DNA of 64,000 bases from the NCBI GenBank assembly GCA_964513645.1, contig CAZENF010000002.1, forward strand, positions 8,090 to 72,089. Reading direction: 5' to 3'. The translations under genes and the position numbers were made by a program. Source of the stretch: an uncultured Candidatus Saccharibacteria bacterium (GTDB lineage Bacteria > Patescibacteriota > Minisyncoccia > 2-02-FULL-40-12 > GWA2-44-9). This document shows positions 18,201 through 26,755 of this stretch, piece after piece; the stretch's first letter is position 1; each line of letters begins with the position of its first letter. Under the pieces are notes generated by a model. That model was given only the letters and a program-made list of their open reading frames with translations. It was not told the DNA's origin and searched no databases.

Positions 18201-19351
18201 TTTCTTGAAAATATCTCTTTTATCCTGCGAGCTATTTTTACCATATCTTCCTCTTTCATGCCACGGGTCGTTACCGCCGGCGTACCAAGACGAATACCTG
18301 ACGGGTCCCAGGGACGGCGGGTGTCGAAAGGTATCATATTCTTATTGACGATTATCCCATCTTTTTCAAGTTTATCCGAAGCCTGCTGCCCGGTCAGGCC
18401 AAAAGGCGTAGTATCGATAAGAACCATGTGATTATCGGTGCCGCCTGAAATTACTTGAAAACCCTGGTTCTTCAGTTCCTCGGAGAGAGCTTTAGCGTTT
18501 TTAACAATCTGTTGGGCATATTCCTTAAATTCTGGCTTAAGCGATTCTTCTAACGCCACGCCGGTTGCGGCAATGGCATTCATATGAGGACCGCCCTGAA
18601 TGCCCGGGAAAACGGTTTTATCGACATTGTCGGCAAGGTTTCTTTTAGATATTATTATCGCGCTTCGAGGACCACGCAGGGTCTTGTGGGTCGTTGTGGT
18701 CACAATATCGGCATAAGGAAAAGGAGAAGGGTGAGCACCGCCGATAACCAAGCCTGCAATGTGGGCGATATCAGCCATTAAAAGCGCTCCGACAGAATCA
18801 GCTATTTCTTTAAATCTTTTGAAATCCAAAGTTCTCGAATAAGCGGAGGTTCCGGTAATTATTAGTTTCGGCCTGAAGCGTTTAGCGATCTCGGCAACGG
18901 TATCATAATTTATGAATCCGTCCTCACCGACGCCATAGTGTTCAAACTGGAATATCTTGCCGGTGATGCTGGCTGTATGACCATGGGTCAAATGACCGCC
19001 ATGTTCAAGAGACATCGAAAGTACCTCATCATTAATATTAAGCACCCCGAAATAGGCAGCGATATTGGCAATACTGCCCGAATAAGGCTGAACATTGACC
19101 GCGTATTCATCGGCATGAATATTAAAAGCTTTATACACCAGGTCCACAACCGTATCTTCGAGTTCATCTATGAATTGGTTACCTGCATAATAGCGTCGGT
19201 GAGGAGAACCCTCGGCGTATTTATTCGTAAAGACCGAGCCCAGCGCCCGCAGAACGTCATCCGAGACAAAATTCTCCGATGGTATCAGATTAATGACTTC
19301 CTTCTGGCGTTTTTCTTCTTTTTCGAGTATATCGAATATCTTGGATGACAT
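18197..19351 (-). CDS. glyA: Serine hydroxymethyltransferase
   Basis: Motifs LIPSENF, TNKYAEG and HGGHLTHGH are present. Confidence 0.92.
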   Translation of the reverse strand: MSSKIFDILEKEEKRQKEVINLIPSENFVSDDVLRALGSVFTNKYAEGSPHRRYYAGNQFIDELEDTVVDLVYKAFNIHADEYAVNVQPYSGSIANIAAYFGVLNINDEVLSMSLEHGGHLTHGHTASITGKIFQFEHYGVGEDGFINYDTVAEIAKRFRPKLIITGTSAYSRTLDFKRFKEIADSVGALLMADIAHIAGLVIGGAHPSPFPYADIVTTTTHKTLRGPRSAIIISKRNLADNVDKTVFPGIQGGPHMNAIAATGVALEESLKPEFKEYAQQIVKNAKALSEELKNQGFQVISGGTDNHMVLIDTTPFGLTGQQASDKLEKDGIIVNKNMIPFDTRRPWDPSGIRLGTPAVTTRGMKEEDMVKIARRIKEIFSRK

Positions 19352-19410
19352 CAGGTAGTGAATCTCCGATTTAAATTAGCCGCCAGGCAGTCGGAGATTC
19401 TACTACCTGA
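19352..19410. repeat. Palindromic hairpin repeat with CAGGTAGTGAAT-type arms (copy 1), abutting the glyA start codon
   Basis: tcaggtagtgaatctccga...tcggagattctactacctga forms an 18-19 bp stem with a 22-nt loop. The same arm 12-mers recur at 25437-25513. Confidence 0.6.
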
Positions 19411-19687
19411 CATTGGCTTTATAGTATCAAAAAGGATAATAGCAGTAAAACTTCCTCTCCGATTTCTCACCCCTTCGCCTCATCAACAAATCCTAAACTA
19501 TTTATTATGTTGTTATGCTCATACAGGAGCCATAACAACCATTTTTCCTACAAAAATTCAGTACCCCTCTAAAACATCGGACCGAATTTTTGTGAATAGT
19601 AAAAATTTCATAAATAGCTTATATTTGTCGTGACTCGGCTCAAAGGATTCGAGAATCGGCACAGAAGTTTTACCAATTATAGTTAGT

Positions 19688-19738
19688 AAAAAAAATCCCT
19701 TCCTTTGTCCTGAATATATCGAGGGACTCCAGAAGGGT
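19688..19738 (-). terminator. Rho-independent terminator for the 19756..20121 gene
   Basis: On the minus strand, cccttctggagtccctcgatatattcaggacaaaggaaggg is followed by tttttttt. Confidence 0.6.
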
Positions 19739-19755
19739 ATCCGTCATTTAGGCGA

Positions 19756-20121
19756 TTATTTTAGGTTGGCCTTGAGAAGCTTCAAAATTTCCTTTTCAAC
19801 GGCTTCTTTTTTTTGTTCATTAGATCTTTCATCTATTTCAGAAAGATATAAAGCGAATTTCAACTCATATATTTCCCGATGCCATTTCTTATCAAGATTA
19901 GGACATGTAAAACTATCATGTAAAACTTCGACTTTAGCAAGTGACTCGATAAAGCTCCGAGGACCAAGAATATTTCGTTCAACGACCATCCGGGTATTAC
20001 AAATACCGCATTTCATAGAATCTTTAACCCCGGGGTTAGGATAGGCACGACCAAAGTTACCATACCAACTTATTTTAAAACGATTTTGGGAAATCCTCGT
20101 TGGCACTAATGGATGCGGCAA
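19756..20121 (-). CDS. Hypothetical Cys-containing protein, start uncertain
   Basis: A 121-aa ORF from TTG. The frame stays open for a further 43 codons upstream and includes an AAGGAGG motif at about 20246-20252, but no ATG/GTG/TTG occurs there. Confidence 0.4.
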   Translation of the reverse strand: MPHPLVPTRISQNRFKISWYGNFGRAYPNPGVKDSMKCGICNTRMVVERNILGPRSFIESLAKVEVLHDSFTCPNLDKKWHREIYELKFALYLSEIDERSNEQKKEAVEKEILKLLKANLK

Positions 20122-20294
20122 CCCATGTCTTTTTTCAAATTCTTCTTTTTCTTTCGGATCTGTTATATGTTTCGCGCCTAGATCCTTTGCTATCTTTTTC
20201 GGGTCGAGTTTGTATTTTATTGTCCTCTTTTTCTTCTTAACCTGTATTCCTCCTTCAAAGAACCTTCAATATACTATCAAAATAAATTTGAATG

Positions 20295-20515
20295 GCAAGA
20301 TAGTTAATAATTTCGCAGACCATCTTTTTTCGAGGTTAAGCAAAAATCAAATTAACCGATAATTTATGTTTTATTCCACAAATTTGAGGGGAGTTCCTCC
20401 GCCTATTAGGCGGATAACAGGACGACGAGGCTCAAATTTGTTAACTAAATTTAGGTTAATTTGATTTTTGTACGAAGATAAAAAGTAGGTCGAGAAAATT
20501 ATTAACTATCTTGCT
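20295..20515. repeat. Long imperfect palindrome of 221 bp with nested perfect inverted repeats
   Basis: Outer IR: gcaagatagttaataattt (20295-20313) against 20497-20515. Middle IR: caaaaatcaaattaacc against ggttaatttgatttttg. Central hairpin: tccgcc-tatta-ggcgga near 20406. The right arm overlaps the tsaC stop codon. Confidence 0.6.
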
Positions 20516-21155
20516 ATAGACGCAGTAACTTGAGAAACTCCTCCGGTTTTGAGGGACCGACACGTGAGATCTTGGGTTTATCGCCGGTCAGGTCAAGGAT
20601 GGCCGAAGGTTCTGATTTGGGAAGAATGCCGACATCAAGAACAAGATCCGGCTGCCGGGAAAGTTTGCCGGAAAAAGAATCAATGATTTTGTGTATATTC
20701 CCTGTTCCTTCTTCACCCGAAATATTGGCCGAAGTGGAGACTATCGGATGACCGAACAATTTGAGAAGCTGGTCGACCAATGGATAGTCGGCAATCCTCA
20801 AACCGACGGTTTTGTGGCCTGAAGTAAGGATATCAGGAACAATGTCTTTTTTGTTTAAAACGACCGTAACTTTGCCCGGCCAGACTTTATGGAGAATATC
20901 TTCATCGCCCTTTTTAACATAGGCCAACTCCTTGGCCCATTTGATACTCCTGATGATCATCGGCAAAGGTTTGGAAAGCTGACGTTCCTTAATATCAAAA
21001 ACCTTTCTGACCGCTTTTTCATCCAGAGCATTGCCTCCGACGCCGTAAATAGTGTCCGTCGGATATACTATTACTCCTCCGGCCTCGAGAACTCTTACCG
21101 CTTCTTCGATAGCCGTAGAATAATCTTTGTTCAAATCCACCTGAATTATTTTCAC
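20514..21155 (-). CDS. tsaC: L-threonylcarbamoyladenylate synthase (YrdC/Sua5 family)
   Basis: The YrdC motifs VYPTDTIYGVGGNA are present. Confidence 0.8.
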   Translation of the reverse strand: MKIIQVDLNKDYSTAIEEAVRVLEAGGVIVYPTDTIYGVGGNALDEKAVRKVFDIKERQLSKPLPMIIRSIKWAKELAYVKKGDEDILHKVWPGKVTVVLNKKDIVPDILTSGHKTVGLRIADYPLVDQLLKLFGHPIVSTSANISGEEGTGNIHKIIDSFSGKLSRQPDLVLDVGILPKSEPSAILDLTGDKPKISRVGPSKPEEFLKLLRL

Positions 21156-21847
21156 GGGGTCATTTTGTTTAAAAAACTTTCGGCCGGAGGAATATCATGG
21201 GGATAGCCGATAGGATGCCAGAAACTGGAACGTATTGCTTTGAACTTATGGCCGTCTGCTATCATCTGCGAAATAGAGTCCGTCAGATAATGCTCTCCGT
21301 TGGAGTGGCGACGGGCGGGGTAGTTGAAAATATTATCATCTAAAATCAGGACTCCGGCGGAAACAAGATTCGTTTTAGGATTTTCCGGTTTTTCCTCAAT
21401 GCCTGTTATATAATTTTCAGCATCTACTTCTAAGACCCCGAATTTACGAGGGTTCTCGGCTTCAGAAACTAAAAGTGACCGGTGTTCTGAAGCAACACAT
21501 TTTTCGAGACCAACCCAACCATGGATATCATCGGCGTAGAGAAGGAGAAATTTCTCGCCTTTGTTTAAAAGATGGCGACATAAACTAAGGGCATGATAAG
21601 TCCCATGTTTTCCGTCCTGGACAACATAATCGATATTAAAACGTTCAAAACTTTTCCCGAAATAGTTCGTTATCTTATCTTGAAGATAGCCGACGACTAT
21701 CACCAGGTCAGTAACTTTTTCCGGCAAAGCAGTTATGATATGTTCCAAGATCGGCTTACCGGCAACAAGGACCATCGGCTTTGGAGTATCATTGGTGAGA
21801 GGTCTCAATCTTACCCCTTCACCTGCCGCCAAGATTATACATTTCAT
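21152..21847 (-). CDS. Sugar-phosphate nucleotidyltransferase (NTP_transferase family)
   Basis: The N-terminus MKCIILAAGEGVRLRPLT matches the NTP_transferase signature. Confidence 0.75.
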   Translation of the reverse strand: MKCIILAAGEGVRLRPLTNDTPKPMVLVAGKPILEHIITALPEKVTDLVIVVGYLQDKITNYFGKSFERFNIDYVVQDGKHGTYHALSLCRHLLNKGEKFLLLYADDIHGWVGLEKCVASEHRSLLVSEAENPRKFGVLEVDAENYITGIEEKPENPKTNLVSAGVLILDDNIFNYPARRHSNGEHYLTDSISQMIADGHKFKAIRSSFWHPIGYPHDIPPAESFLNKMTP

Positions 21848-21899
21848 GTGTTTGATTTATAAAAAGCCCTCTGCCGGGCTTTTTATATGTGTTTGTTGT

Positions 21900-22223
21900 T
21901 TATTGGGTCGGGGCGGTCGTAGCCGGGGCAGGCGCAGCTTCAGCTGTTAGTTCTTTTTTCTTAGGCTTCCAACTTTGCATCTTTTCCTTATTCCAAACCT
22001 TGTAATTGACCATTAGATTATTGACTGTCGGTGAAATCTGGGCACCTTTTGATATCCAGTATTCTATTCTATCCTTCTTAACCTTAAACTCTTTCTGGTG
22101 AGGATTATAATTACCCAAAAGCTCAAGGTATTTGCCCTTGACCCTGGAGGTATGTTCGAGGATAACGACCCTGAAATAGGCCTGTCCTCGCTTACCTGTC
22201 CTTTGTAATCTAATCATAAGCAT
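21900..22223 (-). CDS. rpsP: 30S ribosomal protein bS16 with a C-terminal extension
   Basis: MIRLQRTGKRGQAYFRVV matches the bS16 N-terminus. Confidence 0.85.
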   Translation of the reverse strand: MLMIRLQRTGKRGQAYFRVVILEHTSRVKGKYLELLGNYNPHQKEFKVKKDRIEYWISKGAQISPTVNNLMVNYKVWNKEKMQSWKPKKKELTAEAAPAPATTAPTQ

Positions 22224-22262
22224 GGATTATATACTAACAAAATTTATAAAATAAGCAAGGGA
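22224..22262 (-). promoter_or_regulatory. Promoter-like TTGTTAGTATATAAT motif directly upstream of rpsP (possible very short leader)
   Basis: The minus strand reads ccttgcttattttataaattttgttagtatataatcc-ATG. The same plus-strand 14-mer TATATACTAACAAA sits in the promoter of the rplK-insert ORF. Confidence 0.4.
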
Positions 22263-22275
22263 TTGCTCAAGGGGC

Positions 22276-22424
22276 TATCCATCTTCCGACACGCCTCCGG
22301 TGGGATAACTTGTCCCTAAGTTATCCCACCTCGGCTACAATCGCCCGGAGATTGGCCAATGGTGGACTTTGTCCGATATTATACCGTTGGCCAATCTCGG
22401 TGTCTCCAGTGTCTCAGATGGATA
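22276..22424. other. Highly structured intergenic element of about 150 nt (candidate ncRNA or palindromic repeat)
   Basis: A closing IR tatccatct/agatggata. A perfect 12-bp hairpin gtgggataactt-gtccct-aagttatcccac. A 16-bp hairpin ggagattggccaatgg...ccgttggccaatctcg. Confidence 0.3.
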
Positions 22425-22541
22425 ATCTCTTTCTCTTGTTTTCAAATAGTTTTGAAATTAATAAGACCTCGTTCGTTTGCAGGCAAAATTATTGTATTTT
22501 AATTCAAATCGTTATAAAATCTTGTTATCTTTGAAAATTTA

Positions 22542-22865
22542 GTGAAAGGGTCAAAATTGGCACTATATTTACTCTTTCTTTTAGTCGGATTTATACTTGG
22601 TTATTTTCTGAACTTATATCTAGCGGCTGTACTGGCTGGTATTGCTTGTGTTCTCATTTTTATTCTTATTGGGGATCTTTATTTTCATCCCGGACCCTCA
22701 GGAACATCAGGGGGTTTGGGTGTATTAATTCTGATAACCTTTCTGCTAACATTTCTTGTCGGTTTGTTCATCGGCTTTGCCCCAGCTCTGCCCTGGAACA
22801 AATTATATCACTGGCTGAATCCGCAAAAAATCTGGGAGTTCGTTAAAACACACATCTTTAGATAA
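22542..22865 (+). CDS. Hypothetical small membrane protein
   Basis: Hydrophobic segments are present. The ORF has a GTG start and the terminator 22904-22930 follows it. Confidence 0.4.
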   Translation: MKGSKLALYLLFLLVGFILGYFLNLYLAAVLAGIACVLIFILIGDLYFHPGPSGTSGGLGVLILITFLLTFLVGLFIGFAPALPWNKLYHWLNPQKIWEFVKTHIFR

Positions 22866-22903
22866 GGGGGAACAATAATCAACTACTTTGAGCGTCAATC
22901 AAA

Positions 22904-22930
22904 AACAGGATAACCAATCCTGTTTTTTCT
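22904..22930. terminator. Rho-independent terminator (bidirectional)
   Basis: aacaggat-aacca-atcctgtt followed by ttttttc. Confidence 0.6.
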
Positions 22931-22950
22931 TTTTTGCATATAAAAACAAA

Positions 22951-23322
22951 CTAAACTGATCCTGCTATTTCCGCTAGTTTAGAGACCTTTTCAGACCCAA
23001 CCTTAGGAGACATATAATCGACATAGCTTTTGAGTATTTTTTTAAAGACGTTATGGCTCACCTGGTCAAGTTCTTCATTACTATAAAGTTCTTTTATTAA
23101 ATCGTGTAAAATCTCGGCCTGTTCAGGGTCAGCATCTTTATTTTTTAAATTGGCCGCTAACCAGTCCTGCTGCTCTTTAGATAACTTCCCTTCAAGGGCC
23201 ATCATAAGATCTAACGCAAATTTGTTCTTAAAACTTGCCAGCGACCTCTGTTTTTCCTCTTCAGAAAAACCTAAAACATCATAAATTTTAAAGAGTATAT
23301 CTTTGTATTCTCCTTTTGCCAT
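22951..23322 (-). CDS. Hypothetical acidic protein
   Basis: ORF with a probable ATG start at 23322 (MAKGEYKDIL). A 45-aa upstream ORF (23343..23480) in another frame is possible. Confidence 0.4.
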   Translation of the reverse strand: MAKGEYKDILFKIYDVLGFSEEEKQRSLASFKNKFALDLMMALEGKLSKEQQDWLAANLKNKDADPEQAEILHDLIKELYSNEELDQVSHNVFKKILKSYVDYMSPKVGSEKVSKLAEIAGSV

Positions 23323-23481
23323 GTTTTTACATTGAAAAAGACTCTTCAACCAAATCGCCCAGTATTTCCATCGGCAATACCGGCAACTCTAAAGCCAGCT
23401 CGAGAATTTCCCAGCCCTGAGAAACTTCAAAGAGATCCATAGATGATTCAAAACCTTCAGCCATATCAAATTAATTATAGT

Positions 23482-24186
23482 TCACCAACCTTTTTTAGCA
23501 AGCGCATCTTGGGCGGCTTCCTGCTGGGCTTCCTGCTTGGAAAGACCCTGGCCCTCACCGGCTTTTTCCTTTTCAAGAAAAACTCCTATCTTGAAGTTCC
23601 GGGCATGGTCAGGGCCCCACTCTTCGAGAACTTCATAGGTCGGAGTGACGCCGACTTTTTCCTGAGCCTGCTCCTGGAACAAACTTTTAGCATCGCGGTA
23701 TAAACGTTTCTCGATTATCGAAGGAAGTTCCTTTAAAACAAACCTGGAAATAAATTTTTCAGAAGGTTCGTAACCTTGGTCAAGATAGATTGCGCCGATT
23801 AGCGCCTCAATCGCGTTGGCCAAGATATATTGCCTGGCCCGGCCGGTGTCTTTGGCCTCACCGCGCGAAAGCAGAACAAAATCATTCAGATCAAATTCGT
23901 TCGATATCTTGGAAAGTATATTTGCGTTGACCAAGGCCGCCCGCCAGTTGGTCATTTCCCCTTCCGGATTCGGATACTTGTTATAAAGATATTCGGTAAC
24001 AACCAACTCCAGAACCGCATCGCCCAAAAACTCAAGACGTTCATTGTGATCCAGACGCCATTTTGGATTCTCGTTGAGATATGAACGGTGGGTTAAGGCC
24101 TGCAGAAGCAGGTCCTTATCCTTAAATTCGAAGCCGATCTTGGCTTCAAGCTGAGATGTTTTATCTTCTGACATATCTATAACCAA
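23482..24186 (-). CDS. rnc: Ribonuclease III
   Basis: The signature ERLEFLGDAVLEL and a C-terminal dsRBD. Confidence 0.9.
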   Translation of the reverse strand: MVIDMSEDKTSQLEAKIGFEFKDKDLLLQALTHRSYLNENPKWRLDHNERLEFLGDAVLELVVTEYLYNKYPNPEGEMTNWRAALVNANILSKISNEFDLNDFVLLSRGEAKDTGRARQYILANAIEALIGAIYLDQGYEPSEKFISRFVLKELPSIIEKRLYRDAKSLFQEQAQEKVGVTPTYEVLEEWGPDHARNFKIGVFLEKEKAGEGQGLSKQEAQQEAAQDALAKKGW

Positions 24187-24253
24187 CTCCGAATATCAAA
24201 ATCCTAAATACTAAACAATACCGAATATATAATTTCAAAATTCAAAATGTTTT

Positions 24254-24305
24254 GAATTTAAATATTGGGATTTTGTATTTGTTTAGAATTTAAATATTGG
24301 GATTT
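24254..24305. repeat. Direct repeat, 2 x gaatttaaatattgggattt with a 32-bp period
   Basis: Direct reading. It lies between the nusB stop and the rnc start. Confidence 0.6.
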
Positions 24306-24316
24306 AGAAATTAATT

Positions 24317-24817
24317 TCATTCCTTATTACTAACCCCTTCTTTCTCTCCTGCTAGTTCGCCTGAATCTTTTGCGGGAGGAGCATCATCTTTACCCGGTTC
24401 CCCTATTTCACGATAAACAGTACCTAAAACACCGTTAACAAATTTACCCGAAGACTCACCGCCGAACGATTTAGCAAGTTCTATTGCTTCATTGATCGCA
24501 ACCTTAGGCGGGACTTCTTCCCTTTTGCCGAAAAGAAGTTCATACAGACCGAGACGAAGAACATTTCTGTCGACAACCGCAACTTGATTCAAAGGCCATT
24601 GAGGGGCGGCCTTTTCAATTATCTTATCGATAGCGCCGACGTGACTGATCGTCCCTTCGATCAGCTGATTAATGAATGAGGTATCTTCCATTCCGGAAGC
24701 GAATTCTTTGATATTCCTTTCAGTGATACCGGGAAGTTCTTCCATTTTTCTGCCCCGAAAATCCCACTCATAGAGGGTTTGCATCGCAACACTTCTTGAT
24801 AAATGCCTACTAGCCAT
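24317..24817 (-). CDS. nusB: Transcription antitermination factor NusB with a C-terminal extension
   Basis: A NusB-like N-terminus ([14 protein letters not shown]) and the [10 protein letters not shown] motif. Confidence 0.85.
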   Translation of the reverse strand: MASRHLSRSVAMQTLYEWDFRGRKMEELPGITERNIKEFASGMEDTSFINQLIEGTISHVGAIDKIIEKAAPQWPLNQVAVVDRNVLRLGLYELLFGKREEVPPKVAINEAIELAKSFGGESSGKFVNGVLGTVYREIGEPGKDDAPPAKDSGELAGEKEGVSNKE

Positions 24818-24973
24818 TTATAACTTGCTGGCCGCTCTCGTTTTAAGATTTTGCAAGGACGCTCTTGACCAATATTTTCGTTAAAAGTTCCGCTTGCTCG
24901 TCATCATATTGCAATATGTTTCCTCGCAATGCTCACCTTTGCCTCAATCTTGGTCAAGCCAGCTGCGTTCTAA
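24818..24973. repeat. MITE-like repeat element, copy B (156 bp)
   Basis: It shares the 19-nt left end (abutting the nusB ATG) and the 40-nt right end with copy A. The middle has diverged and carries a degenerate cttgaccaatatt motif. Confidence 0.55.
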
Positions 24974-24996
24974 ATTATAAAATTACTCATTTATTC

Positions 24997-25218
24997 TTAG
25001 CTTTGGCGCTTTTTCATCTTTTCCTGTTTCTTCAATTCTTTGGCCAAAACATTGACCACTTCTTTGCCCTGATAAAATCCGCAATGTTTGCAGACCAAAT
25101 GCGGCAAGGTCTTTTTCTTGCATTGGGAACAGTCAACTAATTTTAACGGCTTCAAGGCGAGGTGGCTTCGTCTGCGAAGCTGCTTGCCTTTGGCCATGTG
25201 GTGACGTGGTACTGCCAT
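24997..25218 (-). CDS. rpmF: 50S ribosomal protein bL32
   Basis: MAVPRHHMAKGKQLRRRSH... plus CxxC and CxxC zinc-ribbon motifs. I trimmed the track ORF to the MAV start. Confidence 0.8.
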   Translation of the reverse strand: MAVPRHHMAKGKQLRRRSHLALKPLKLVDCSQCKKKTLPHLVCKHCGFYQGKEVVNVLAKELKKQEKMKKRQS

Positions 25219-25436
25219 AATTGTTGAATTTTTTGGAGCTCTTTGTAGTGAACAAAAATTCACTACAATTATGAGCATCCCGCCTCATCTGGCCGTTAGA
25301 CTAGTGTTAAGTACCAAAAAAGACGAAGTCGAATTTGCAATTGTAAACTTTATCTAAAAATAAGCACCACCCCAGATGGAGCGGGGAGCCCACATTTAGT
25401 AATTATATCCTAACATAAATATTTAATCTTTGCAAA

Positions 25437-25513
25437 CCAGGTAGTAGATATTTGAGTTGGCTTTGCCTTAGTAATTTTCTTTAGAAAATTACATCTCAAA
25501 TATTCACTACCTG
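25437..25513. repeat. Palindromic hairpin repeat with CAGGTAGTGAAT-type arms (copy 2)
   Basis: ccaggtagtagatatttgag...ctcaaatattcactacctgg forms a 20-bp stem with an inner taattttc-ttta-gaaaatta hairpin. Confidence 0.6.
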
Positions 25514-25541
25514 GCAAATAAAAAGCTTCCCTAAAGGAAGC

Positions 25542-25745
25542 TTAGAATGGCAGGTCATCTATCCGTTTCAAGACTATTCTGAATTCTTCTTCCGTTGCTC
25601 CTATCGCCTCTCTGGTCAAGAGTGCATCCGGCGGAATATCGTCTCTAAAAGAATATTCTATGGCTTTGGCTATTAATTCGACGATGCGTTGTTCGGTTAC
25701 GGATTTTGTTTCAGACATTTCATTTCTTCTTAAAAACCCAATCAA
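25542..25745 (-). CDS. Hypothetical small protein
   Basis: A 67-aa ORF whose stop lies in the aagcttcc-ctaaa-ggaagctt hairpin terminator. Confidence 0.3.
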   Translation of the reverse strand: MIGFLRRNEMSETKSVTEQRIVELIAKAIEYSFRDDIPPDALLTREAIGATEEEFRIVLKRIDDLPF

Positions 25746-26238
25746 AACCCTTTTTCAGAAATTCGACCTTTTCTTCCTGCTGTCGTACCGCCATAACACC
25801 CTGGTTATAGGTTTTATATCTCTCAAGCGTCTCCTCCGCTTCTTTGATAGAATACTCATCACTCGGAATATTCATGACCAAATATTCTCCGTCAGACCTT
25901 TTTTCCCATTTAACCGTCCCGATAACAGGATAATCCAGAAATTTAAAAGCAAAGTGCTCATTGTCAGAGAACCATATCTCGCTTTCGAGTCGAACTTTTA
26001 TTTTAACATTATCCATTCTGGGCAGATAAAAAACAATTGCCGCCTTTTTGTCTCTTTTGGCTCCTAATATTTCCATTTCTCCGCCTTCGCCCGGCAAAGT
26101 TCCGACCTTTCCGCAAATGGATGTATCCATTGAGACGATATCGAAACGCTCAGTGTGATGATATTGCTTCTTAAACGGCATAGAAACACATGCAGGCGTC
26201 AGTAGTAATGAGAAGATGACCAACCTTGAGTTCCTCAA
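25720..26238 (-). CDS. Hypothetical lipoprotein
   Basis: The signal peptide ends in a lipobox-like LLLTPAC. Confidence 0.45.
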   Translation of the reverse strand: MRNSRLVIFSLLLTPACVSMPFKKQYHHTERFDIVSMDTSICGKVGTLPGEGGEMEILGAKRDKKAAIVFYLPRMDNVKIKVRLESEIWFSDNEHFAFKFLDYPVIGTVKWEKRSDGEYLVMNIPSDEYSIKEAEETLERYKTYNQGVMAVRQQEEKVEFLKKGFDWVFKKK

Positions 26239-26304
26239 CCTTATTCCTCGCCCTTTTTTAATGTTCTTAGGCTAATATTATAGAAACTAGTGTTTTTTCG
26301 CAAC

Positions 26305-26328
26305 TAAAAACCGCTTTCGCGGTTTTGA
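26305..26328. terminator. Rho-independent terminator (bidirectional)
   Basis: aaaaccgc-tttc-gcggtttt. Confidence 0.6.
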
Positions 26329-26344
26329 TAGCATCAAGTCTTGT

Positions 26345-26614
26345 TCAGACCGGACGCTTTAAAGAAAATTTGGAACTATATACTAATGTAAGCGCCAGTG
26401 TCAGCGAAAAAAAGAACTGTAGAAGAGCTTGGGTGTAATACCAGCTGAAATTCGGCATTAAACCTCCGTCCGAAGAAACAAAGTTAGAATGATAAGCCAG
26501 TGCTGCCAAAGAAACAGCAAAAATCAGCAAACTCACAAGGCCAACAGTCTTGTCTCTGGGTAAAAGCAGGCCGATTGCCAACCCGATAAGAGCAAAAATG
26601 ACGTGTCCTTCCAC
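26345..26614 (-). CDS. Hypothetical small membrane protein
   Basis: Three predicted hydrophobic helices. Confidence 0.4.
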   Translation of the reverse strand: MEGHVIFALIGLAIGLLLPRDKTVGLVSLLIFAVSLAALAYHSNFVSSDGGLMPNFSWYYTQALLQFFFSLTLALTLVYSSKFSLKRPV

Positions 26615-26755
26615 TTTTTCACCTCCGGGAACCTATTACCGCCCAGTATTAATACCATATTCATAAAATAAAGTCAAATTAAACAACTTATCAACAATTT
26701 TTCCTCGTTGTCCGAATTTCTATGAGTGGTAAAATTAAAATATAAATTTGATTTA

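Noticed and set aside
22276-22424. SRP RNA (ffs) or RNase P RNA next to rpsP
   Set aside because: Neither the SRP domain IV consensus (AGGUCAGG…GGAA…AGCAGCC) nor the RNase P GGAAAGUCCGG box is present on either strand. The three-stem shape does not fit SRP RNA.
25291-25386. Long-range stem cccgcctcatctgg…ccagatggagcgggg upstream of rpmF as an ncRNA
   Set aside because: It is a single imperfect pairing without supporting internal structure or recognisable consensus. That is too weak to call.
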